Made by a program: the position numbers and the translations under genes. A model generated the notes under the pieces. The model was not told the DNA's origin. It saw nothing but the letters and a program-made list of their open reading frames with translations, and searched no databases. Shown piece by piece: positions 44,663-52,521 of a DNA stretch of 64,000 nt (positions are counted from its first letter, which is position 1; each line of letters opens with the position of its first letter). This DNA is from an uncultured Acetobacteraceae bacterium (GTDB lineage: Bacteria; Pseudomonadota; Alphaproteobacteria; CACIAM-22H2): NCBI GenBank assembly GCA_964434345.1, contig CAYSUY010000001.1:8681-72680 (forward strand), in the 5' to 3' direction.

Positions 44663-45511
44663 ATGGATCGGCAGCGTCTTCGGATCGGACAGGCCAGGCT
44701 GACGCGGCGGCGCGCGCTCGCAAGTGCGCTCGCGGGAGCGTTCGCGCCCGCCGCGGCCGCGCAGGTCACAGACCTCCGTGGCTTCGATCCCCTGTGGCGT
44801 GACGCCGAAGCCGCCATCCGCGCCTTCTTCGGCCCCGTGCAGTTCCAGCGCACGGGCATCGCGCTCGACCTGCCCGAGCAGACCGACAGCGGCAGTACGG
44901 TGCCCCTGACGCTGCGGATCGACGCGGCGATGACCGAGGCCGACCATCCCGACGTGGTCCATGTCCTCGCGCACGGCAATCCGACCCCGCACGTGTTCTC
45001 GGCGTGGTTCAGCCCGGCCAATGGTCGCGCCGAACTCTCGACCCGCATTCGGCTCGAGCGGACCCAGGCGGTCACCGCGGTCGTGCGGATGAGCGACGGC
45101 CGGCATCTGCGGGTGGACCGGGAGGTCGGCGTGAGTTTCGGCGCCTGCGCCCAGATCGGCGAAGGATCGAACGACGATGTGATCGCATTCGCGCCGCGCA
45201 CGCGCGTCAGCGTCCCGGCCCGCGCCGGCCGGGACGAAATCGTCCCCGTGCGCACGCTGATCTCGCATCCGATGGAAACCGGGTTGCGGCTGAACGCCGC
45301 CGACGAGTGGATCCGCCAGCGGATCGTGTCGCGCTTCCGCTGTGCGTTCGCCGGTCGCCCGCTGTTCCGGGCCCGGCTCTACCCCGCCGTGGCGAGCAAC
45401 CCGTATTTCCATTTCCATGCCCGGGTCAGGGAAAGCGGGGTCTTCGACTTCGACTGGTACGACACGCTGGACATGACCTTCGCCGACCGCGCCGCCATCG
45501 AGGTCGGATAG
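44663..45511 (+). CDS. fused SoxY-like/SoxZ-like thiol carrier protein, copy 1, twin-arginine signal
   Basis: Start at MDRQRL..LTRRRALASALAGAFAPAAAAQ (44663). SoxY-like half: DLPEQTDSGSTVPL..., ending in the VSFGACAQ cysteine motif. SoxZ-like half: VRTLISHPMETGLRLNA...NPYFHFH. Confidence 0.7.
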   Translation: MDRQRLRIGQARLTRRRALASALAGAFAPAAAAQVTDLRGFDPLWRDAEAAIRAFFGPVQFQRTGIALDLPEQTDSGSTVPLTLRIDAAMTEADHPDVVHVLAHGNPTPHVFSAWFSPANGRAELSTRIRLERTQAVTAVVRMSDGRHLRVDREVGVSFGACAQIGEGSNDDVIAFAPRTRVSVPARAGRDEIVPVRTLISHPMETGLRLNAADEWIRQRIVSRFRCAFAGRPLFRARLYPAVASNPYFHFHARVRESGVFDFDWYDTLDMTFADRAAIEVG

Positions 45512-45640
45512 CCGCGCGGCCGCGCGAGGGGATGGATGTCCGCCGCGGCCTCGCCTATGGTCGGAGCAGGTCACCGGGGCGCGTCAACGCGGCCCCTTGC
45601 GTCGCAACGGGGCTCGCAGCCCCAGTCCGGGGAGGAAAAA

Positions 45641-46102
45641 ATGAACCTGACGCTCAGCGTCAACGGCAAATCGCACCAGGTCGATGTCGAGCCCGAAACG
45701 CCTCTGTTGTGGGTGCTCCGCGACACGATCGGATTGACGGGCACGAAATATGGCTGCGGCATCGCGCAGTGCGGCGCCTGCATGGTCCATATCGACGGGC
45801 AGGCGGTGAAGTCCTGCAACGTCAACGCCGCCGCCGCCGTCGGCAAGCGCATCACGACGATCGAGGGCCTGTCGCCGGACAGCAGCCATCCGGTCCAGAA
45901 GGCCTGGCTGGAGCATACGGTGCCGCAATGCGGCTATTGCCAGTCGGGACAGATCATGTCGGCCGCCGCGCTCCTGCAGCGCACGCCGAATCCGACCGAC
46001 CGCCAGATCGACGACGCGATGTCGGAAAATCTCTGCCGCTGCGGCACCTATCTGCAGATCCGCGAGGCGATCCACGCCGCCGCGAAGCTCGGCCGGTCGT
46101 GA
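45641..46102 (+). CDS. (2Fe-2S)-binding small subunit of a xanthine-oxidase-family Mo hydroxylase (IorA / aldehyde oxidoreductase small subunit type), copy 1
   Basis: The ATG at 45641 follows [28 protein letters not shown] and [21 protein letters not shown] cluster motifs. 153 aa. Confidence 0.9.
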   Translation: MNLTLSVNGKSHQVDVEPETPLLWVLRDTIGLTGTKYGCGIAQCGACMVHIDGQAVKSCNVNAAAAVGKRITTIEGLSPDSSHPVQKAWLEHTVPQCGYCQSGQIMSAAALLQRTPNPTDRQIDDAMSENLCRCGTYLQIREAIHAAAKLGRS

Positions 46103-46113
46103 GGGAGGCGCGC

Positions 46114-48291
46114 ATGGACAAGATCGATCTTTCCCGTCGGGCCTTCATCCGCACGGCGGTGGCCGCCGGCGGCGGCATGATGCTGGGCTTCAACATTCCG
46201 GCCACGCATGACGCCGCGGCCGCGACGGTCCAGCCTGAGTTGTGGAAGCCGCCGGCTGGCGGCGTCGAGGTCAACGCCTGGCTGACCATCGATGCGGAGG
46301 GCGTGGTCACGATCCGGGTCCCGCATACCGAGATGGGGCAGGGTGGCATGACGTCCGTCGCGCAACTCGTCGCGGAGGAACTCGACGTTCCCTGGGAGAA
46401 GGTCCGCGCGGTGCTTGCCGACGCGAACCGCCACGTGACGCGCGGCAACGAATACAAGGACATGTCGACGGGCGGCTCGAACCTCGTGCGCAACCGTCAT
46501 CCGCACATCATGCAGGCCGGCGCCTCCGCGCGCGAGCGACTGCGCGAGGCGGCGGCGCGCAAATGGGGCGTCGATCGCGCCCAGGTGACGGCGAAGCAGG
46601 GCGTCCTGACGGCCGGTGCCAATCGCGGCACCTATGGCGAGTTCGCGACCGCCGCCGCCCAGATCGCTTTGCCGCAGGAGCCCAAGATCAAGGCCTATGG
46701 CGACTGGTGGCTGCTCGGCAAGGATGTGCCGCGCATGGATGTCGCGCCGAAGGTCAACGGCAGCGCGATCTATCCGATCGACGTGCGCGTGCCGGGCATG
46801 GTCTATGCCGCCGTGCGCGCCTGTCCGGTTCCCGGCGGCAGGCTCAAGAGCTTCGATTTCGCCGCGGTCAAGGCGCGTCCGGGCGTGATCGCCGCGATCG
46901 AGCTCAAGCAGACCAAGGCCAATCTCGGCAACAGCGACATGCGCAGCGCCGTCGCCGTGGTCGCGGACAGCTTCTACCGCGCCAAGGTCGCCCTCGATCT
47001 GATGCCGATCGAATGGGATCTCGGTCCCGGCGCGCAGAACAGCTACGCGGCGATGGACGCGCAGGCCCGCGACCTGATGGACAAGGAGGCCAAGCACGCC
47101 GAGGAGGTCCGCGGCGATCCGCGGCCGCTGCTCGCGTCGCCGGCCGGGAAGGTCGTGACGGGAAGCTATGCGCGCCCCTACGAGACCCACGCGCCGATGA
47201 GCCCGCCGGCCGCGGTGGCGCATGTCACGGCCGAGCGCGTCGATGTCTGGAGCTTCACGCAGAACGTCGCCGCGACGCTGCTTCTGGCCGCCGATCAGGC
47301 CGGACGCAACCCCAAGGATGTCTTCGTCCACGGGACGTTCCAGGGCGGTGCGTTCGGACAGGGCAACGCCGTCGACATCACCCGCCAGGCGGTCGAACTC
47401 TCGAAGCAGCTCGGCAAGCCGGTCAAGGTGATCTGGACGCGCGAGGAGGACACCGCCCAGGCCCGCTCTCGCCCGCCCATCTGGGCGCGGTTCCAGGCCG
47501 TGCTCGGCGCGGACGGCCTGCCGACGGCGATGCTCAGCCGCGCAGTCGGCGAGACCTTCAACCCGGCCTATGCCGATCGCGGGATCGCGAACATGCCCTA
47601 CAACGTGCCGCATTTCCGGTACGAGCGGCATGTCGTGCCGACCAACATTCCGGTCGGTCCGAACCGCGCGCCGGGCAACAACGCCAACGGCTTCACGATC
47701 GAGCAGTACGTCGACGAGCTGGCGCTCGCCGGCGGCTGGGATCCGCTGGAGTGGCGCATCAAGATGACCGAGGGCAACGAGCGCTGGCAGCGGGTGCTGC
47801 TCAAGCTCAAGGAAGTCTCGGGCTTCACCACCAAGCTGCCGCGCGGCCAGGGAATGGGCATCGCGGTGGTCGAATCCCACGGCTCGACCGTGGGTGTCTG
47901 CGCGACCGTCGAGGTCACGCGGCGCGGCCAGCTCTCGGTCGAGAAGATCCTCGTCGTCACCAACAGTGGCTACGTGATCAATCCACGCGCCGCGAACGAA
48001 CAGGTCTATGGCTGTGTCGCGTGGGAGCTGAGCCATACGCTCCAGGGCGGTCTCGATCTGCGCGAGGGCCGTTTCCGCAACACCAATTTCGACGGCTACA
48101 AGCTCACGCGCATGGCCGACATGCCGCCGGTCGAAAGCGTCTACGCGATGTCGCAGGACGGCTGGTGGGGCGGCTTCGGCGAAACGGCCGGGCCGCCGAC
48201 GCCGCCGGCGATCGCCAACGCGATCTTCTTCGCGACCGGCAAGCGTATCCGCTCGACACCGATCCTCCAGCACAATCTCAGCTGGGCCTGA
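46114..48291 (+). CDS. molybdopterin-binding large subunit of a xanthine-oxidase-family hydroxylase (IorB-type), Tat signal, copy 1
   Basis: The ATG at 46114 follows GAGGGAGG. N-terminus MDKIDLSRRAFIRTAVAAGGGMMLGF. 725 aa, alignable by eye to copy 2 (GASARERLR, VKVIWTREE). Confidence 0.9.
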   Translation: MDKIDLSRRAFIRTAVAAGGGMMLGFNIPATHDAAAATVQPELWKPPAGGVEVNAWLTIDAEGVVTIRVPHTEMGQGGMTSVAQLVAEELDVPWEKVRAVLADANRHVTRGNEYKDMSTGGSNLVRNRHPHIMQAGASARERLREAAARKWGVDRAQVTAKQGVLTAGANRGTYGEFATAAAQIALPQEPKIKAYGDWWLLGKDVPRMDVAPKVNGSAIYPIDVRVPGMVYAAVRACPVPGGRLKSFDFAAVKARPGVIAAIELKQTKANLGNSDMRSAVAVVADSFYRAKVALDLMPIEWDLGPGAQNSYAAMDAQARDLMDKEAKHAEEVRGDPRPLLASPAGKVVTGSYARPYETHAPMSPPAAVAHVTAERVDVWSFTQNVAATLLLAADQAGRNPKDVFVHGTFQGGAFGQGNAVDITRQAVELSKQLGKPVKVIWTREEDTAQARSRPPIWARFQAVLGADGLPTAMLSRAVGETFNPAYADRGIANMPYNVPHFRYERHVVPTNIPVGPNRAPGNNANGFTIEQYVDELALAGGWDPLEWRIKMTEGNERWQRVLLKLKEVSGFTTKLPRGQGMGIAVVESHGSTVGVCATVEVTRRGQLSVEKILVVTNSGYVINPRAANEQVYGCVAWELSHTLQGGLDLREGRFRNTNFDGYKLTRMADMPPVESVYAMSQDGWWGGFGETAGPPTPPAIANAIFFATGKRIRSTPILQHNLSWA

Positions 48292-48300
48292 CGTCGTCTC

Positions 48301-48335
48301 GCCACGACCGGCGCGTTCCGCGCGCCGGTCGTGGC
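48301..48335 (+). other. intercistronic GC stem-loop between the Mo subunit and the SoxXA-fusion gene
   Basis: GCCACGACCGGCGCG-ttccg-CGCGCCGGTCGTGGC, a 15-bp perfect stem starting 10 nt after the stop at 48291. No U-tract follows. Confidence 0.45.
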
Positions 48336-48373
48336 CTCCTCCCGCCGCGCCGCCGCACGCCTTGTTCCGCCGC

Positions 48374-49525
48374 ATGATCCGTGTGCTGCTGGTCGTGCTT
48401 TTCTGCTTGAGCGCAGCCGGCCCGGTCCGCGCCGGGAACGCCGAACTCGAACCGCTGACCGCGATGCCCGGCGATCCGGTGCGCGGCCGCGCGATCGTGC
48501 GCGATCCGGGCAAGGCGAGTTGCCTGATCTGCCATGCGATGCCGATCCCCGAGGAGCCCGACCATGGCGGGATCGGTCCACCGCTCGCCGGAATCGGCAA
48601 GCGGACGACACCGGGCGAACTGCGCCGTCGCCTCGTCGATCCGACCGTCCGCGAGCCGGAGACCGTGATGCCCGCCTATCATCGCGTCGACGGTCTCAAT
48701 CGGGTCCTGGAGCGCTATCGGGGACAGCCGATCTACAGCGCGCAGGAGGTCGAGGATGTCGTCGCCTATCTCGCGACGCTGGTGGACGACGCGCCGCTTC
48801 CGGCACCGCCGCCCGTGGGGCCGGAGACCGGCGCGGCGCGGTCCGGCACCTTCTATCTGGGCGATGCCACGCGGCGTCTTCAGGACGATGATTTCCTCAA
48901 TCCCGGCATGTTCGCGGTCGAGCGCGGGGGCGAGGTCTTCCGTCGCGCCGACGGCGAGGGCGGAGTGTCCTGCGCCTCGTGCCATGACGAAGCGGCGATG
49001 CGGGGAGTGGCGACGCGCTACCCGCGCTTCGACGGCGCGCGCGGCGGCCTGATCGACCTGCCCGCCGCCCTCGACGCGATGCGGCGCACGAAGATGCGCG
49101 CGTCCCCGTTGGGCCGGGAGAGCGAGGACATGCTGGCGCTGTCGGCGTTCATCGCGCGCCAGTCCAACGGCCTTTTCAGGTCGGTTCCGGTCGATGGTCC
49201 GGTGCGGCCCCATTTCGAGGCCGGTCGCGCGTTCTTCGAGACCCGCCGTGGTCAACTGAACCTGTCCTGCGCGCACTGCCATGACGCGCTCGCTGGCGCG
49301 AAGCTGCGCGGCGACACGATCAGCCAGGGGCAGATCGACGGTTTTCCGATCCATCGCCTCATGTGGCGTTCCATGGCCTCCACGCACCGCATGTTCGCCT
49401 GGTGCAACAGCGCCCTGCGCGCCGAACCGTTCGAGAGCGGAAGTCCGGAGTATCTGGCACTCGAACTCTACCTGGCCTGGCGCGGGCGTGCGCTGCCGAT
49501 CGCGGTTCCCGGCGTGCGGCGTTGA
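48374..49525 (+). CDS. SoxX-SoxA fusion c-type cytochrome (three CxxCH), Sec signal
   Basis: Start at ATG 48374 (alternative TTG 48362). SoxX-like half: CLICH, MPAYH, EDVVAYLATL. SoxA-like half: NPGMF, CASCH, LSCAHCH, QGQIDGFPIHRLMW, HRMFAWCN..LRAEPF, LELYLAWRG. Confidence 0.75.
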   Translation: MIRVLLVVLFCLSAAGPVRAGNAELEPLTAMPGDPVRGRAIVRDPGKASCLICHAMPIPEEPDHGGIGPPLAGIGKRTTPGELRRRLVDPTVREPETVMPAYHRVDGLNRVLERYRGQPIYSAQEVEDVVAYLATLVDDAPLPAPPPVGPETGAARSGTFYLGDATRRLQDDDFLNPGMFAVERGGEVFRRADGEGGVSCASCHDEAAMRGVATRYPRFDGARGGLIDLPAALDAMRRTKMRASPLGRESEDMLALSAFIARQSNGLFRSVPVDGPVRPHFEAGRAFFETRRGQLNLSCAHCHDALAGAKLRGDTISQGQIDGFPIHRLMWRSMASTHRMFAWCNSALRAEPFESGSPEYLALELYLAWRGRALPIAVPGVRR

Positions 49526-49635
49526 CGCCATTCCGGGACCGGGGAGGCGCGATCGGGGGTTGCTCTCGCCCAGGGCTTTTCGCACCATGGTCGCGCGGCG
49601 CGTGGTGACGCGCGGGGGAACAGGGGTTGGCGCAC

Positions 49636-50931
49636 ATGATTCTTCGGCTTCTCATCGGCCTGGTGGCCGCTCTTGCCGTGGGCGTCGGCGGATTTTTCGG
49701 ATGGGCGGCGCGTCACGGATCGATCGCTCCACTCGCCGCTCCGCCGGCTCCGAAGTCGTTCGACGCGGCGCTCGTCGAGCGGGGCAAGAGCCTCGCGGCG
49801 CTCGGCTATTGCGTCGTCTGCCATACGCGGTCCGACGGACCGGCGCTGGCCGGCGGGCGGGGGCTGCCGACACCATTCGGAACGGTCTACGCCACCAACA
49901 TCACCCCCGATCCCGAGACGGGGATCGGGCTCTGGTCCGAGGCGGCGTTCCGTCGCGCGATGCACGACGGCATCGGCCGCGACGGCCGGCATCTCTATCC
50001 GGTCTTTCCCTATGATCATTTCACGAAGGTCACCGACGAGGACGTGCGGGCGATCTACGCCTATCTCATGACGCAGAAGCCCGTGCGCTATACGCCGCCC
50101 GCCAACGAACTCGGCTTTCCGTTCGGTGTCCGTCAGTTGATGGCCGGTTGGAATCTCCTGTTTTTCGAGAGCGGCCGCTTCGTCCCTGATCCGAAGCGCG
50201 ACGAGGCCTGGAACCGCGGCGCCTATCTTGCCGAGGGCCTCGGCCATTGCGGATCCTGCCACACGCCGCGCAACGCCCTGGGCGGTCTCATCAAGGACCG
50301 GAAATTCGCCGGCGCGACGATCGAGGGCTGGCATGGCACGGCGCTCGACGCCTCGTCGCCGTCACCGATCCCATGGACCGCCGACGCGCTGCTCAACTAC
50401 CTCCTCGACGGGCGCGAGGCGCAGCATGGCATCGCGGCGGGACCGATGACGCCGGTCGTCGATCTGCTTGCCGACCAGGAGGAAAGCGATATCGCCGCGC
50501 TGGCAGCCTATATCCTGTCGTTCCAGACCGGGCGGCCGGACAACTCCGCCGACGCGAAGGCCTTCGCGGAGTCGCGCCAACTCGTCAATACGCCCGGCGC
50601 GGCCGTACCCGACATGGATCCCGCGCTGCGGCCCGGCTATGCGATCTTCATGCAGTCCTGCGCGAACTGCCATCGCAAGGGCGAACGCTTCACGCCGCTC
50701 GCGCTGACCTCGACCGTGAACGGGCCCGATCCCCGGAACGTCATCCAGATCGTGCAGCACGGCCTGCGGCCGCCCCGCGCGTCGCGTGGCTTCACCATGC
50801 CGGCCTTCGGGTGGATGTCGGACAAGGAGATGGCCGACCTCGTGCGCTTCCTGCGCGCGCAGTTCAGCCGCAATGCGCCATGGTCCGATGTCGAGGGCGC
50901 GATCCGCGAGGTACGCAGCCAGCGCCACTGA
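49636..50931 (+). CDS. membrane-anchored tri-haem cytochrome c (dehydrogenase cytochrome subunit type)
   Basis: Start at ATG 49636 (ORF opens at TTG 49627). N-terminal TM MILRLLIGLVAALAVGVGGFFGW. Three CxxCH motifs (CVVCH, CGSCH, CANCH). Confidence 0.85.
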   Translation: MILRLLIGLVAALAVGVGGFFGWAARHGSIAPLAAPPAPKSFDAALVERGKSLAALGYCVVCHTRSDGPALAGGRGLPTPFGTVYATNITPDPETGIGLWSEAAFRRAMHDGIGRDGRHLYPVFPYDHFTKVTDEDVRAIYAYLMTQKPVRYTPPANELGFPFGVRQLMAGWNLLFFESGRFVPDPKRDEAWNRGAYLAEGLGHCGSCHTPRNALGGLIKDRKFAGATIEGWHGTALDASSPSPIPWTADALLNYLLDGREAQHGIAAGPMTPVVDLLADQEESDIAALAAYILSFQTGRPDNSADAKAFAESRQLVNTPGAAVPDMDPALRPGYAIFMQSCANCHRKGERFTPLALTSTVNGPDPRNVIQIVQHGLRPPRASRGFTMPAFGWMSDKEMADLVRFLRAQFSRNAPWSDVEGAIREVRSQRH

Positions 50932-50946
50932 CCGCGGCGCCGCGGA

Positions 50947-51627
50947 TCACATCCGCGGCACCGCGCGGCGGCATTGCGCGAGGCGCAGCGCGCTGCGTTG
51001 GGTCGTGCACGAGGTATTGCTCTCGTCCGACATCAGCGCCACGTCGGCGCGCTCGAACAATTCGGTGGCCCTGGCCAGATCCTGCGCCACGCCCGTGCCG
51101 TTCGCGTACATCGTGCCGAGACGGAACAGCGCCTGCGGATGGTCCTGCGCCGCCGCCCGCGTGAACCACCGCGCCGCAGCGGCTGCATCGGGTCGTAACC
51201 CGTCGCGGCCTTCGGCGAGGAGCGTGCCGAGGTCGAACTGGGCGAGCATGTCGCCCGCCTCGGCCGCTGCCCTGTACCAGTCGGCCGCTGCCGCTGCATC
51301 GCGCTCCACACCGTCGCCCTCGGCGAGCATCTGGGCGAGGTTGAACGCCGCGCGTGCATAGCCTTGCGCAGCCGCGAGCCGGTAGAATCGCGCTGCGGCG
51401 CCGCGATCGCGCGTCACGCCCCGCCCCTGGTCGAGCAGGATGGCGGCGTTGAACTGGGCGACGATGTCCCCGCGCTCGGCCCGCTCCCGCCAGACCGCGA
51501 AGGCGGCTGCATGATCGCCGCGCCGATACGCGTCTTCGGCCGCATCGGACGCGCTGGCGCCGGTCGCGGCGAGGGCCGCGAAGAGAAGGCCCGCAAAGAG
51601 CCGTGACTGGAGACGTCGTGCCCGCAT
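50947..51627 (-). CDS. Sel1-like (TPR-type) repeat protein with signal peptide
   Basis: Start at MRARRLQSRLFAGLLFAALAATGASA (51627). Repeated ~36-aa units: A.FN.A.ML..G.GV.RD...A..WYR.AAE.G. Confidence 0.7.
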   Translation of the reverse strand: MRARRLQSRLFAGLLFAALAATGASASDAAEDAYRRGDHAAAFAVWRERAERGDIVAQFNAAILLDQGRGVTRDRGAAARFYRLAAAQGYARAAFNLAQMLAEGDGVERDAAAAADWYRAAAEAGDMLAQFDLGTLLAEGRDGLRPDAAAAARWFTRAAAQDHPQALFRLGTMYANGTGVAQDLARATELFERADVALMSDESNTSCTTQRSALRLAQCRRAVPRM

Positions 51628-51659
51628 GGTGCCGCTCGCCCCTGCACGGCCGATGCCCG

Positions 51660-52475
51660 TCAGGCGAGGGCGATGGCCGCGCTGTTGGTGTAGACGGAGC
51701 CGTCGGTGTCGAGCCAGCGGAACTCGTAGATCCCGCCGCCACGCACCCGGTCGTGGAATGCAAAATATGGGTTGGTCGCGATCGCCGGGTAGGGCCGCGC
51801 GCGGAAGACCGTTCGGCCCTCGAAGCGGCACTCGAACTCCTCGATGATGCGCAGCGGGATCCAGGTATTGAAGGCATTGAGGCGCAAGCCCGTTTCCATC
51901 GGATGCGAGATCAGCGTGCGTATCGCGATGACATCGCCGAGGCGCGCGGTCGACGGAACCATCACCCGCGAAACCGGCTTGAAATCCCTGATCTCGGCGT
52001 CGGATCCGGTGCCAACATTGGCGCAGGCGCCGTAATTGACGGTCAGCGCCTGATCCGCGCGCCAGACCTCGCCGTTCTGCATCTGGGCGACCGCAGTGAC
52101 CGTCTGGGCGCTTTCCAGACGGATGCGGGTCGAGAACTCCGCACGCCCGCAATCCGGCGCGAACCATGCCGACACGACATTGGGCCTCGGGTTGCCGTCC
52201 ACCATGACATGGACGGCGCGTGGCACCTCGTCTTGGGCCGTGACCGTCATCGGGACTGAACTGCCGGTATCGGAATGGGAGGGCAGGTCGAGGCGGACGC
52301 GCCCGCTGCGCGCCGTGGCGGGTCCGACCAGGCGCTGGATCGCGTACTCGACGTCGCGCGGCAGGGCGATGCCCGCGCGCGCGCCGAAAAGCGCGAGCGC
52401 CGCTCCGCCCAGCGCTGCTCCGCTCAGCGCCGCGCGTCGTCCCCGGCCGTGTCGCGCTCCCGCCGTCATCGACAT
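51660..52475 (-). CDS. fused SoxY-like/SoxZ-like thiol carrier protein, copy 2, twin-arginine signal
   Basis: Start at MSMTAGARHGRGRRAALSGAALGG (52475). Alignable to copy 1, sharing the identical RTLISHPMETGLRLNA, STRIRLE and NPYF.FH. Cysteine motif VNYGACAN. Confidence 0.7.
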   Translation of the reverse strand: MSMTAGARHGRGRRAALSGAALGGAALALFGARAGIALPRDVEYAIQRLVGPATARSGRVRLDLPSHSDTGSSVPMTVTAQDEVPRAVHVMVDGNPRPNVVSAWFAPDCGRAEFSTRIRLESAQTVTAVAQMQNGEVWRADQALTVNYGACANVGTGSDAEIRDFKPVSRVMVPSTARLGDVIAIRTLISHPMETGLRLNAFNTWIPLRIIEEFECRFEGRTVFRARPYPAIATNPYFAFHDRVRGGGIYEFRWLDTDGSVYTNSAAIALA

Positions 52476-52521
52476 GCGCGTAGGCAGGACGGCCGGTTCG
52501 TGGCCGTCCCGCCGATCGCGC

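Noticed and set aside
45513-45526. 14-nt perfect palindrome CGCGCGGCCGCGCG just after the stop of SoxYZ-like copy 1, considered as a repeat-element (REP-like) copy
   Set aside because: I found no second copy of it in the window. Short GC palindromes are expected by chance at this GC content. It may merely be a small post-stop hairpin.
46048-48600. 850-aa minus-strand ORF, and the other long ORFs overlapping Mo-subunit copy 1 (46242..48377 +, 45004..46113 +)
   Set aside because: Alternative-frame or antisense products of the same GC-rich region. Only the frame starting at the ATG at 46114 behind GAGGGAGG gives a Tat signal and family motifs.
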